A stretch of DNA of 62,304 bases, the filler included. It is 5 parts of 5 records of this genome, joined end to end, with 100 filler letters (N's around TTAATTAATTAA, not from the genome) between each part and the next. Parts side by side here need not be neighbours in the genome. Positions count along the whole stretch, not along the records: positions 21,524 to 45,066 come from SRR31156797_19370; 4 more parts are not named here. The stretch is one strand, 5' to 3'. Positions 22,241 to 32,159 of this stretch are shown piece by piece. Below the pieces are notes generated by a model, which saw nothing but the letters and a program-made list of their open reading frames with translations, had not been told where the DNA came from and made no database searches. Every line of letters begins with the position of its first letter. Within the stretch, counting starts at the first letter, position 1. The position numbers and the translations under genes are program-made.

Positions 22241-23425
22241 ATGTCGATGACAATAGGACTTGCAGGGAAACCCAACGCCGGGAAATCCACATTCTTTAAG
22301 GCTTCAACACTGGCAGACGTTGAGATAGCCAATTATCCGTTCACAACAATTCACGCGAACAAGGGAGTGACCTACGTAAAGGCAGAATGCCCATGTGTCA
22401 GCCGTGACAAACGCTGTGGCAACTGTTCCGATGGCATACGTTATGTTCCTATCGAACTCATAGATGTTGCCGGACTTGTACCGGATGCCCATCAGGGGCG
22501 CGGACTTGGTAACAACTTCCTTGACGATCTTCGTCAGGCACAGGCCATCATCCACGTGATCGATGCTTCCGGTGGAACCGATATCGAGGGCAACCCCGTG
22601 GACATAGGCGAGCATGACCCGCTCGGTGACATTGATTTTCTCAACCGTGAACTCACCATGTGGATCCACAGCATAATCATGAGAAACTGGGTAAAACTAT
22701 CCCGTAAGATACAGGCAGAAGGACTTAACCTCGAGCACATACTTGCAGAACAACTCATGGGAGCCGGAGTGAACGAACAGCACATCAGTGAGGCGCTCAA
22801 CCAGTGCAAGCTGGACAGGAACCACCTTGCCACATGGAGCGAAGACGATATAATACATTTCTGTGACGTAATCCGGGCCTTAAGTAAACCCATGATAATC
22901 GCCGCCAACAAAATGGACGTAGCACCACCTGAAAACGTAAGCAATCTTCAGGCACTGGACCAGCTAGTAGTACCCACAAGTGCAGCCGCAGAACTTGTAC
23001 TACGCTCCGCGTCCAAAGGAAATGCTATCAAATACGAGCCGGGGGATGAAGACTTCGAAATCATTTCAGAAGAGCTCAGCCCGGCCCAGAAGAAAGGACT
23101 GGAGAACGTGCGCGCACTCATACAGAAGACAAATGGCACAGGAATACAGGAATGCATCAACAGCGCCGTATTCAAGCTTCTCGACCTGATAATAGTCTAT
23201 CCTGTAGAGGACGAAGGCAAGTGGACTGACAAGAACGACCGTATGCTTCCAGACGCATTCCTTATGAAAAGAGGGTCCAATGCACACGACCTCGCCTACA
23301 AGGTGCACTCCGATATAGGGGAGAGTTTCCTCTATGCAGTTGATGCAAAGACAAAGATGCGTCTTGGTGAGAAACATGAACTCGCCGACGGCGACGTAGT
23401 GAAGATAGTCTCCACAGCAAAATAA
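22241..23425 (+). CDS. ychF: Archaeal YchF/OLA1-family translation-associated GTPase
   Basis: GKPNAGKST, YPFTT, DVAGLVP..GRGLGN and ANKMD motifs; C-terminal TGS domain. Confidence 0.93.
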   Translation: MSMTIGLAGKPNAGKSTFFKASTLADVEIANYPFTTIHANKGVTYVKAECPCVSRDKRCGNCSDGIRYVPIELIDVAGLVPDAHQGRGLGNNFLDDLRQAQAIIHVIDASGGTDIEGNPVDIGEHDPLGDIDFLNRELTMWIHSIIMRNWVKLSRKIQAEGLNLEHILAEQLMGAGVNEQHISEALNQCKLDRNHLATWSEDDIIHFCDVIRALSKPMIIAANKMDVAPPENVSNLQALDQLVVPTSAAAELVLRSASKGNAIKYEPGDEDFEIISEELSPAQKKGLENVRALIQKTNGTGIQECINSAVFKLLDLIIVYPVEDEGKWTDKNDRMLPDAFLMKRGSNAHDLAYKVHSDIGESFLYAVDAKTKMRLGEKHELADGDVVKIVSTAK

Positions 23426-23446
23426 GCTACATGAAACGAGCACACC

Positions 23447-24106
23447 ATGGGCATTGTAACATCATATTATGAGAAGTACCTGCTGCAGCAGATCGAAAAA
23501 TATCCAAAACCGCAGCATGTATCCCTGGTACTATACGAAGCAGACATGTTGCGCAAAGATGGTTACAGGAAGCTCATGGATTACATACTCTGGTGCCAGA
23601 ATCTGGGCATCAGCATAGTAAGCATTTTTATCGATGTCCTGGACACCGAAGGTGAGCTTAAGCCAGAAATGATCAAAAAAATATCAAAAAAGCTAAACGA
23701 GATATTCCAGAAAATGCCGGACAATGTAGGATTTGATATATATGTAGAAAAAGGGGAAACCTACGCTAAAAGAAAAGGTGAAGACTTCCAGATATATGTA
23801 TCTGTAGGATTTGGCGGACGTGAAGAAGTCACAATGGCCGTCAAAGACATACTCAAAAACGTAAAAGAAGGAAAAATCAATCCCTCTGAGATAACAGAGA
23901 AAACCATCGAATCCCGCCTTGTGGTCAAGCACGAACCGGACATACTCATTCGTTCAGGAGGAAAGCACCTTTCCGATTTCCTGATATGGCAGTCTATATA
24001 CTCAGAATACTATTTCACCGATGTTAACTGGCATGAAGTAAGGAAACTGGACATATTAAGGATTATAAGGGATTTCCAGAACCGCCAGAGAAGATACGGA
24101 AAATAA
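23447..24106 (+). CDS. cis-Prenyltransferase (UppS)-like protein, probably the NgBR/Nus1-type subunit
   Basis: PDILIRSGG..LSDFLIWQS.YSE and C-terminal RRYGK present; the catalytic I.DGNRR motif is absent. Confidence 0.85.
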   Translation: MGIVTSYYEKYLLQQIEKYPKPQHVSLVLYEADMLRKDGYRKLMDYILWCQNLGISIVSIFIDVLDTEGELKPEMIKKISKKLNEIFQKMPDNVGFDIYVEKGETYAKRKGEDFQIYVSVGFGGREEVTMAVKDILKNVKEGKINPSEITEKTIESRLVVKHEPDILIRSGGKHLSDFLIWQSIYSEYYFTDVNWHEVRKLDILRIIRDFQNRQRRYGK

Positions 24107-24131
24107 TCCATTCACATTTTCATTTCTGCCA

Positions 24132-24575
24132 TCACAGGTTCATTCCCATGAGAATTGCATTGTCATCAAAATAGTAGCCTTCTGTTTTTCCCTCTACAAC
24201 AAAACCCTTGCTGGCATAGAAAAGTCTGGCAGTTTCATTTTTTTCCCGCACTTCAAGAACCATTTTGTTAAAACCATAAAGCTTTGCAAGGTCAACACAC
24301 CATTCCAGGAGTTTGCTGGCAACCCCATATCTTCGAAAATCCTTGTGAACTGCGATGCTCAAAAGATGTGCTTCTCTCCTGTCCTCAGAAGAACTAATTA
24401 TTGCATAACCAATTACCTTGCCATCCTCATAAACAAGGAATCCAGGGTTTGGCAGATGCGCCCTGAAAAGAAAATCAGGCCATGGAACCTTGAATGAACA
24501 ATTTTCAATCTCCATGATTTCAGGTATGTCCGATTCCAGGGCTCGCCGTATTACCATCTGCATCATCACTTCCAA
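24132..24575 (-). CDS. rimI: Ribosomal-protein-alanine N-acetyltransferase (GNAT)
   Basis: SIAVHKDFRRYGVA, LEVREKN..A..FY...GF and YY..NA motifs. Confidence 0.88.
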   Translation of the reverse strand: MEVMMQMVIRRALESDIPEIMEIENCSFKVPWPDFLFRAHLPNPGFLVYEDGKVIGYAIISSSEDRREAHLLSIAVHKDFRRYGVASKLLEWCVDLAKLYGFNKMVLEVREKNETARLFYASKGFVVEGKTEGYYFDDNAILMGMNL

Positions 24576-24639
24576 GAAAGTTCTTTTGGAGGTACTTTGT
24601 AAGACTATTATTTATAGGATACATACTAAAAAGTTGCCG

Positions 24640-25143
24640 ATGACATACGGCATTGTCATATGTACAAAGTGCAGGAAACATGCACAGATAATCGAAGTTG
24701 GCAGTTCAAAGACCACCCGCTGCCAGAGATGTAATGCAAATCTTATAACTCGGAAATTACGCATTTTCTTTTCATCCGATAACCTTGATGAAACTATTTC
24801 CGTCAGAACCCAGATACAGGCACAAATCGTTGAAAAGGGCACAGATGCACCCAAACCGGGAGAAGAGATAAGCTCTGCAACAAGGCACAAGGTATTTGGT
24901 GAAAAGATTGATATGAAGGCAGCCTGCTTCGTTGATGAGCGAAATGAGAAGAAAAAGAGCAAAGCAGACGAAATTATACTCGAAATACTTCTTTCCTTCA
25001 ACGGACAGATGTCGCATGAAGATCTGAAAAAAGCAGTCATTGACAGGGATATTGACGAAGAAAAGTTTGAAGAGGTCTTGAAAAAGTTGATGCTGGCTGG
25101 AGATATCTACTCCCCTTCCAGGGATATATTAAAGATCGCCTGA
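24640..25143 (+). CDS. Zn-ribbon (DUF1922-like) plus C-terminal wHTH protein
   Basis: CTKC...CQRC motifs; C-terminus L..AGDIYSP; ATG at 24640. Confidence 0.75.
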   Translation: MTYGIVICTKCRKHAQIIEVGSSKTTRCQRCNANLITRKLRIFFSSDNLDETISVRTQIQAQIVEKGTDAPKPGEEISSATRHKVFGEKIDMKAACFVDERNEKKKSKADEIILEILLSFNGQMSHEDLKKAVIDRDIDEEKFEEVLKKLMLAGDIYSPSRDILKIA

Positions 25144-25298
25144 ATTTGTCCATAATTCGAGATATTAACTTAGTGGTTATTTTCAAAAAAACCGAAGATG
25201 TCCACAAAAACAATACAAAAAATATATCTAAAAAGATGTATAATATATAATGTCTGAATGGTTTGCTTTCGATTAAAAATGATTTTACAGGTATAATT

Positions 25299-26570
25299 AT
25301 GTCCGATATAACCCTTGATATTGTGGAACTGCTGCTGACAGCACAAATATACAGCAAATATCCTGAGATGGATGCAAGTGACCTACCCAAAAATATAAGA
25401 AAATATTACTGGAGCAGGGACCACAGGAATGTTCCAAGGCCTATAAGGATTACTGCGGCAGATGTTGAGAAGATACTTGAAGAGGAGAATCTCGAAAGTA
25501 AGATAAAGGCACTTCCTTTTGTGAACATCGATGATCAGGAGTTCTCAGCAAAGATCACAGCCCTTGATATCGGTGCAGAGTGGTTCCAGAAAAAGGATGA
25601 TCAGCGCGACAGAATATCTCAGAATCCAGTCCTCGCGTTCTACTATGAGAAAAAGCAGACTGAAGGTGCGGATTATAAAGAAGCAAAAACAAAGGTTAGA
25701 CCAAAAGAGGTAGATCGAGAATGGATCGAATCTCTGATAGCCGAGATCGAGAAGGAAGAAGGCGGATCTGATATGCTTAAGCTGGCACAGATCAGCGCAC
25801 CGGAAGATGTCCAGCAGACAATGAAAGATTTTGTCCTGACCACGGAGCAGGAAGATGAAACAAAAAAGATTGTCAAGGCAATCCAGTACAGGGATTACCT
25901 GAAACATATCGGACTTTATGACGTGGGCAAGATACTCATGGTAGGCCCACCCGGAACGGGAAAAACATCCCTTGCAAAGGCAATGTCAGAACACCTTTCA
26001 ATTCCCTTTGTTGAAGTCAGGCTTTCAATGATAACTGACCAGTACCTGGGAGAAACTGCAAAGAACATTGACAGGGTATTCACACTTGCCAAGAAACTAA
26101 GCCCATGCATTCTCTTTATTGATGAATTCGATTTTGTGGCAAAAACTCGCTCATCAGATGAGCATGCTGCCCTTAAGAGAGCTGTGAACACACTGCTCAA
26201 GGCAATTGACAATATAAGTCTTACAACAGACGGAGTACTCCTGCTGGCTGCTACAAACCACCCAAAAATGCTCGATTCTGCAGCATGGAGACGTTTTGAT
26301 GAAATTATGAAGTTCCCGCTTCCTGATGTGGATATGCGCAAGAGGATACTTGACATTGTCACAAAGGAGATAAAAGGAGACTTTGATACAGCCGAGGTTG
26401 CATCACTTACACATGGCTACAGTGGCTCGGACCTGAGAATGGTAATACGTGAAGGCGTACTCAGTGCTCTTGTTACGGAAAGGATGGAACTTACTCAAAA
26501 GGACATGCTCAATGCAGTAGCAACCTTTGATGAAAGAGCTGTCATCAAGACAAACGAGTACGAGGAATAA
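25299..26570 (+). CDS. AAA+ ATPase (single classic AAA domain, uncharacterised N-terminus)
   Basis: GPPGTGKT, ILFIDEFD and AATNHP..LDSAAWRRF motifs. Confidence 0.92.
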   Translation: MSDITLDIVELLLTAQIYSKYPEMDASDLPKNIRKYYWSRDHRNVPRPIRITAADVEKILEEENLESKIKALPFVNIDDQEFSAKITALDIGAEWFQKKDDQRDRISQNPVLAFYYEKKQTEGADYKEAKTKVRPKEVDREWIESLIAEIEKEEGGSDMLKLAQISAPEDVQQTMKDFVLTTEQEDETKKIVKAIQYRDYLKHIGLYDVGKILMVGPPGTGKTSLAKAMSEHLSIPFVEVRLSMITDQYLGETAKNIDRVFTLAKKLSPCILFIDEFDFVAKTRSSDEHAALKRAVNTLLKAIDNISLTTDGVLLLAATNHPKMLDSAAWRRFDEIMKFPLPDVDMRKRILDIVTKEIKGDFDTAEVASLTHGYSGSDLRMVIREGVLSALVTERMELTQKDMLNAVATFDERAVIKTNEYEE

Positions 26571-26581
26571 CAGGGCAATTC

Positions 26582-27325
26582 ATGAAGATTACACTTCTTG
26601 GAACGGGAGACGCCACCGGAACGCCTGTTATCGGCTGCAATTGTCCCACGTGCCAGGATGCACACAACGGTGGGAAAAGCCAGAGAACAAGATTTGCCAT
26701 CCTTGTAGAATCAGCAGAAGGAACAGTTCTAATAGATAGTGGACCCGATCTTCGTGAACAGTTACTCAAAGCCGGGACAAGGCATATTGACGGAGTCATC
26801 TGGACACACGGACACTACGACCATTTTGCCGGTTTTGCCGAATTCCACAGGGTCCAGTATAACGTTGATGTTTACGGGCTTCCTGAAACGCTTGAATATA
26901 TTCTTGATTACCTACATTTCCTTCGTCCAAAAAAGCATGAAAGGGAGATGTATGAACCCTTTGAGCTTATTGGCCTTGAATTTACCCTTTTTGAAGTCAT
27001 CCACCCACCTGTGAAAAGGTCTGTTGGTGTAATAATACGGCAAGGGGAGACTAAAGTAGTTATTACAGGAGACTCTCAGAGAGACATACCTAAAAAAAGT
27101 GTTGAGCTTATTATGGAATCTGATCTGCTGATTGCTGATGCCATAGTTCCTCCCACAGTGGAAGTTAAAAAGCACATGAACACTGATGAAGCCTTAGACC
27201 TTGCAAGGGAAATAAAAGCGAAAAAAGTGGTGTTTACACACCTGAGCCACTTTTTTAAACCCCATGATGAGGCCATTACGGAATATCCGCTGGGATATGA
27301 TGGCATGACTTTTGAGTACCCGTAA
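26582..27325 (+). CDS. Metallo-beta-lactamase-fold hydrolase (PhnP-like)
   Basis: LGTG..GTP..GCNCPTC, THGHYDH and THLSH motifs. Confidence 0.92.
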   Translation: MKITLLGTGDATGTPVIGCNCPTCQDAHNGGKSQRTRFAILVESAEGTVLIDSGPDLREQLLKAGTRHIDGVIWTHGHYDHFAGFAEFHRVQYNVDVYGLPETLEYILDYLHFLRPKKHEREMYEPFELIGLEFTLFEVIHPPVKRSVGVIIRQGETKVVITGDSQRDIPKKSVELIMESDLLIADAIVPPTVEVKKHMNTDEALDLAREIKAKKVVFTHLSHFFKPHDEAITEYPLGYDGMTFEYP

Positions 27326-27333
27326 ACCTATAA

Positions 27334-28239
27334 TCAATTCTTTCCTTTCTTTTTTGTATTGGCTGCCTGGCCCTCGATCTCCTCGCGAAGATGTTTCAGT
27401 TTTGTCCTCTGAGCCCTGTATCTTAAATAGATAAAAAGGGCGATAAAACCAAGGATGACAGCTGCTATTGTAAGGTCCCTCGGTGCGGACGTTGTATAGA
27501 ACTTAACACTTATGAGCTTTGGAATTGGTTCTACCTCATCTTCTGAAGAAGAACTACCAAAGGTGCTTAAAAAGCCACTAGTTGTGATCTCGTTGTGCCA
27601 GATAAGATTCTCACGGCCATGGCCGTCAGTATAAACAATATCCGGAGACGGCTTTACTTTTCCAATCAGAGGATTTCCAGTAGTATACCCTTCCGGCAGG
27701 ACAAAACGAACAACGGACGGTGGAGTAGTGATATATATGAAATCCTGACCCAGAGGAGTTGACATGGTAAAGGCCACAAAGCCCGTTACTGGCTGATCAA
27801 AGGTAATGAAAACATGTTTCTGGCCTCTGATAACCTCATCTGAAATACTGTAATTGATGGCTGAAGGTTCATCCATCAGTGAGAACTCAGCAAATGATTC
27901 TGGTGTTCCATTGGTATTGTTACTAAAATCCCCAAGTATCACTATATTAGTTAGAACCTCATCATCCGAAGTACTAAGATCTTCCAGAGGGATCATATCA
28001 ATGATTGATTCATTCTCAACAATGGAAACAACCTTCACAGTTTCATTCCTTGAAAGGTAGAATGAATAAGTGGGGATTAACGTGACGTTATCATAGCTGT
28101 CGTTTAGAAAAACCTCTAATTCATATTCCGAGATCTCCGGCTGTTCTTCCTTATTAACAGGAACAAGGTCATCAATGCAGCCACCCGGCAGAATTGCCAG
28201 CCCAATAAGACACAATACCAGGAAAAAATATTTTTTCAT
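27334..28239 (-). CDS. Membrane-anchored archaeal lipoprotein (DUF5803-like)
   Basis: Lipobox-like PGGC, acidic extracellular region, VLPEGY.TGNPL.G motif and C-terminal TM. Confidence 0.7.
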   Translation of the reverse strand: MKKYFFLVLCLIGLAILPGGCIDDLVPVNKEEQPEISEYELEVFLNDSYDNVTLIPTYSFYLSRNETVKVVSIVENESIIDMIPLEDLSTSDDEVLTNIVILGDFSNNTNGTPESFAEFSLMDEPSAINYSISDEVIRGQKHVFITFDQPVTGFVAFTMSTPLGQDFIYITTPPSVVRFVLPEGYTTGNPLIGKVKPSPDIVYTDGHGRENLIWHNEITTSGFLSTFGSSSSEDEVEPIPKLISVKFYTTSAPRDLTIAAVILGFIALFIYLRYRAQRTKLKHLREEIEGQAANTKKKGKN

Positions 28240-28344
28240 TGCTACACCAATTGACGATTTGTTTTATCAAACTATCGTTACACATTATATATAATACACC
28301 AGTATCCAGGAAGCCGAATATCCACCAACACCATATTCCTGCTT

Positions 28345-29136
28345 TTATACTACCAGTCTCTTCTTCATGAGATTAATGGAAAGCACCAGCAGGACTAAGC
28401 TTACAACAAGTATCCATGCAATATCAAAAAGCAGGGGAAAAGACATTACCCCGTATGACAGGGACCTTATTACATTTACAATATGAGTTAATGGCAGGAA
28501 TGCTATGGCAAAATACTGCACAGGCACAGGAAGAGCGCTGAGAGGGAAGAACGTTCCACTAAAAAGGAACATTGGAGTTATGAAAAGCAACACAGGATAG
28601 TTAATGGACATTATGTTTGGGGTTACCGCCGTAAAACACATCCCAATGGCTGCAAAAAGAAGACCTCCCAGAAATGCAAATGGGATTATCAAAAGGAAAT
28701 ACTTCATGTCAATTAAACCAAAAAGAGCAATTACAGGCACCATCACAGTTGCGTTTATCATGCTTCTTGTCGCTCCCCAGAGGAGTTCCCCTGCTATCAC
28801 ATCTTCTATGGTAAGAGGAGTGGCTATTATTGCGTCAAATGTTTTCTGATAGTACATTCTTACATAAGAACTGTAACTACACTCAAAAAACGAAGCATAC
28901 ATAACTGAAACAGAGATTAGCGCAGGTGCAATAAACCGGGCATATGGCACTCCGTCGATGCTCTCAATGAACTTTCCAAGCCCGAAACCAAGAGCCACAA
29001 GATACATTATTGGCTCTAGGAATGGAGGGAGGAAATTAAGCTTAAGGTCTTTCATGAAAACATCTTTGTTCCTCTGCCATACTTTGTATGAACGGGTACT
29101 GATGCCAGGGATCCTGAAGTGATCAACAAAACTCAT
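28345..29136 (-). CDS. ABC-2 exporter permease (NodJ-like)
   Basis: LEP..YL..LGFGLG and TPMFLFSGTFFP motifs; about 6 TMs. Confidence 0.9.
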   Translation of the reverse strand: MSFVDHFRIPGISTRSYKVWQRNKDVFMKDLKLNFLPPFLEPIMYLVALGFGLGKFIESIDGVPYARFIAPALISVSVMYASFFECSYSSYVRMYYQKTFDAIIATPLTIEDVIAGELLWGATRSMINATVMVPVIALFGLIDMKYFLLIIPFAFLGGLLFAAIGMCFTAVTPNIMSINYPVLLFITPMFLFSGTFFPLSALPVPVQYFAIAFLPLTHIVNVIRSLSYGVMSFPLLFDIAWILVVSLVLLVLSINLMKKRLVV

Positions 29137-30056
29137 TCCCTGAGCCTCCTGCCTGTGAGTTTCAGGAATACATCTTCAAGTGTTGCCGGTCTTGCACTTA
29201 TTTTAGAGATCGAACATTCCATGAGTAGATACTCCGAGAGTTCCATGGCATTATCAGGATATATGTGGACTATGTCACCAATGACCTCGTACTTTGCCTC
29301 CTTTTTTATCAGGCATTCCAGAAGTTGAGGATTATTCTCTGCTTCGATGATGTCCGAACCAATGAATTCATGTATCACACCAAGGGGACTTCCTTCAACC
29401 AGTATCTTTCCGTTATCCATGACTACAAGCCTTTCACAGAGTTTCTCTACCTCATCAAGATAGTGTGATGTGAGGACGATGGTCACGCCCTGTTTTTTAA
29501 GACTGCGGAGTTTTTCCCATATGAGGTGACGTGCCTGTGGGTCAAGTCCCACAGTCGGTTCATCCAGTATCAGGAGTTTAGGACGGTTGATAAGTGCCCT
29601 TGCCAGGACCAGCCTGCGTTTCATTCCTCCTGAAAGGCTTTCTGTCATTACGTCCCTTTTTTCCCCGAGCTGTACAAAATCCAGTAGTTCCTCTACCCTC
29701 TTTTGAGCTTCTTCTTTTGGAATATCAAAGTACCGTGAATAAACAAGCAGGTTCTCATAGACAGTGAAATCCCCGTCAAGATTGTTCTCCTGGGGAACAA
29801 CGCCCATGAGTGATTTGATCTCGCGCTGACTGGTGGACACATCCATTCCAAGTACCTCAAGTTTACCATCCGTTACAGGAGATACACACTGGATCATCCG
29901 CATGGTGGTGGTCTTTCCGGCGCCATTAGGCCCGAGGAACCCAAACATCTCACCTTCCCCAATGCTGAAGCTGATTTTGTTTACGGCAACCAGGTCTTTA
30001 AATAATTTCTGAAGATCCTTTGCTACAATTATGGGAGCGATTGATACCACCTTCAT
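29133..30056 (-). CDS. ABC exporter ATPase (NodI-like)
   Basis: GPNGAGKTT, LSGGMKRR, LDEPTVGLDPQAR and LEDVFLKLTG motifs. Confidence 0.92.
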   Translation of the reverse strand: MKVVSIAPIIVAKDLQKLFKDLVAVNKISFSIGEGEMFGFLGPNGAGKTTTMRMIQCVSPVTDGKLEVLGMDVSTSQREIKSLMGVVPQENNLDGDFTVYENLLVYSRYFDIPKEEAQKRVEELLDFVQLGEKRDVMTESLSGGMKRRLVLARALINRPKLLILDEPTVGLDPQARHLIWEKLRSLKKQGVTIVLTSHYLDEVEKLCERLVVMDNGKILVEGSPLGVIHEFIGSDIIEAENNPQLLECLIKKEAKYEVIGDIVHIYPDNAMELSEYLLMECSISKISARPATLEDVFLKLTGRRLRE

Positions 30057-30171
30057 GGAAGTTGGAGAGACTTGGTATTAATGATTACGACTGTAACATG
30101 GTTTTGCAGATTACGTGCAAACAGCTTTTAACGATTACGACATAATTAAGTAAGAATTAAGAGGATTTACC

Positions 30172-30579
30172 ATGACCGAACTGAAAAATCTCATCGCAAC
30201 AGCAAAGGAAAAGAGTTCATTCCCAACCCTCATGAAGGCGGCAGAAAAACTCAAACTCATAAATAAATACAGCAACGAAGGTCCTTTTACTATCTTTGCA
30301 CCAGTTGAGTCAGCTTTTGAGCCAATACCCGATGAAGTCATTGATGAATCCTTTGATGACCACGGTTATCTTCTGGGAATTATCAACTACCACATCGTTG
30401 AAGGAAAATACACCACAGATAAACTTGCAGGACTTACTGAACTTGAAACCATAAGCGGCAACAAGCTTAAGATCACTGTAAAAGATGGAATCAAGGTAGA
30501 TACTGCAAATATAATTGAAGCTGATATCGAATGCAGCAATGGTATCATCCATGCGATTGATGAGATATTAGTGCCTTAA
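30172..30579 (+). CDS. Fasciclin (FAS1) domain protein
   Basis: GPFTIFAP...AF, YHIV and NGIIHAIDEIL motifs. Confidence 0.9.
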   Translation: MTELKNLIATAKEKSSFPTLMKAAEKLKLINKYSNEGPFTIFAPVESAFEPIPDEVIDESFDDHGYLLGIINYHIVEGKYTTDKLAGLTELETISGNKLKITVKDGIKVDTANIIEADIECSNGIIHAIDEILVP

Positions 30580-30582
30580 TTC

Positions 30583-30982
30583 GGCTCTGTAGAAATCCTC
30601 ATTTGAATGAGGCATGAGGTCGTGCATGCTTGTCATGATTGCAGACCATCAATATAATAGAAAGCTTCACAGTTTTTAGTTGCCGGCATACAGAAAAAGA
30701 GTTAAAAGTAACAGAATATTTAATTCATTTTTCGGATCGTACCGGCTCCGCCGGATCCTTCGGATGGTTTCAGTTATTCATGACTTCTGATTAACCAAAC
30801 TTATTGTTCCCTACGCCCCTGTATTTCTGAGAATTCTAAAAAAATCATTGGCAACCAAGAACAATACGACCATCCGCCGCAGGAAGCGCGTTCCTTCGAT
30901 GTTTTTCTGAAGACCATTGACATATTTCATTATTAAAAACTGATAAATTCAAAATTGCAATCAGCAGGATTTCTACAAAACC
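30583..30982. mobile_element. 400-bp non-autonomous MITE-like element
   Basis: TIRs GGCTCTGTAGAAATCCT (30583-30599) and AGGATTTCTACAAAACC (30966-30982), 15/17 match; flanking direct repeat CTTAATTC at 30575-30582 and 30983-30990; no ORF inside. Confidence 0.85.
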
Positions 30983-31224
30983 CTTAATTCATCCCTTTTT
31001 TAATCCTGATTTAGCAGTTTTTGCTCCTTAATGAAAAGAAAGAAATAGCAGGAAGTTAATGATGTCATAAAACAAGTTAACAGCGAGAACTTGTCGTATA
31101 TAATATGTATATTGTTATGAAGAATAATGTCATTTGATCTTGATTTTTGTGACCTCAGATAGAATAGTACACATATATAAAAAAATAAGTGATTACGTTT
31201 GACTAAAAGAGTTGGGACCTCAAC

Positions 31225-32130
31225 ATGAAAACTCAAGTATGCAAAAAGATTAAAGCAATCTCAGGGTATTTCATATCTGGGAATAAACCAGATTTCATTA
31301 TAATTGGTGCTCAAAAATCAGGGACGTCTTCACTACATTATTATCTAGACCAGCACCCTCAGCTTGTTGGATCCAGACCCAAAGAAATAAATTACTTTAA
31401 CAAAAAAATCCATTTAGATATGAGTTTAAAATGGTATGAATCACATTTTAAGACTATTATTCCATCTTTAAATAATAAAAAATATTTTGAATCGACTCCT
31501 GAGTATATCTACCATCCGGGTTCTGCAGAAAAAATCAAAGAAGCCTATCCAGATATCAAACTGATAGTAGTTCTCCGAGACCCTGTGAAACGTGCCTTTT
31601 CTGCCTGGAATCACTATCGTGATCTGTACGATAGTAAAGCATATAAGAGAATTTGGAAGGATAAACAAGGCAATCCGATATTCAAACATTTCATTGATAA
31701 TCGTTCTGAATTTCCCTCCTTTCGGGAATGCATCGATATTGAACTTGATCTCATAGCCAAAGGTGGAGGTTTTGAACCGATAATTCTTGGGAAAGACATG
31801 TATTATGATCAGTTGGGAAAATATGAACCTGCGTTACTCAGGAGAGGCCTGTATATTGACCAATTGGAAAAATATTATTCATTGTTTGGTGAGTCCAATG
31901 TTTTAGTATTAGGTTTTAAAGACTTAACAAATGACACAGAGAGTACTTTAACAAAAATTACAGATTTCGTGGGAGCTAAAAAAATAAATTGGGCATCCCT
32001 GCAAAAAGAAGTTAAAAATTCATACAAGTATCCTGTGATTATGGATGATTCTGACAAAGTTTTTCTTGAAGATTATTATCGCGAATCAAATGAAAAACTT
32101 TTTAGTAAAATTGGCAAGCTAAACTGGTGA
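31225..32130 (+). CDS. PAPS-dependent sulfotransferase (Sulfotransfer_1-like), copy 1
   Basis: 5'-PSB motif PDFIIIGAQKSGTSSL and 3'-PB motif LRDPVKRAFS; 301 aa. Confidence 0.9.
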   Translation: MKTQVCKKIKAISGYFISGNKPDFIIIGAQKSGTSSLHYYLDQHPQLVGSRPKEINYFNKKIHLDMSLKWYESHFKTIIPSLNNKKYFESTPEYIYHPGSAEKIKEAYPDIKLIVVLRDPVKRAFSAWNHYRDLYDSKAYKRIWKDKQGNPIFKHFIDNRSEFPSFRECIDIELDLIAKGGGFEPIILGKDMYYDQLGKYEPALLRRGLYIDQLEKYYSLFGESNVLVLGFKDLTNDTESTLTKITDFVGAKKINWASLQKEVKNSYKYPVIMDDSDKVFLEDYYRESNEKLFSKIGKLNW

Positions 32131-32159
32131 GCACTGCAAGAGATATTAAAGCTAACACT

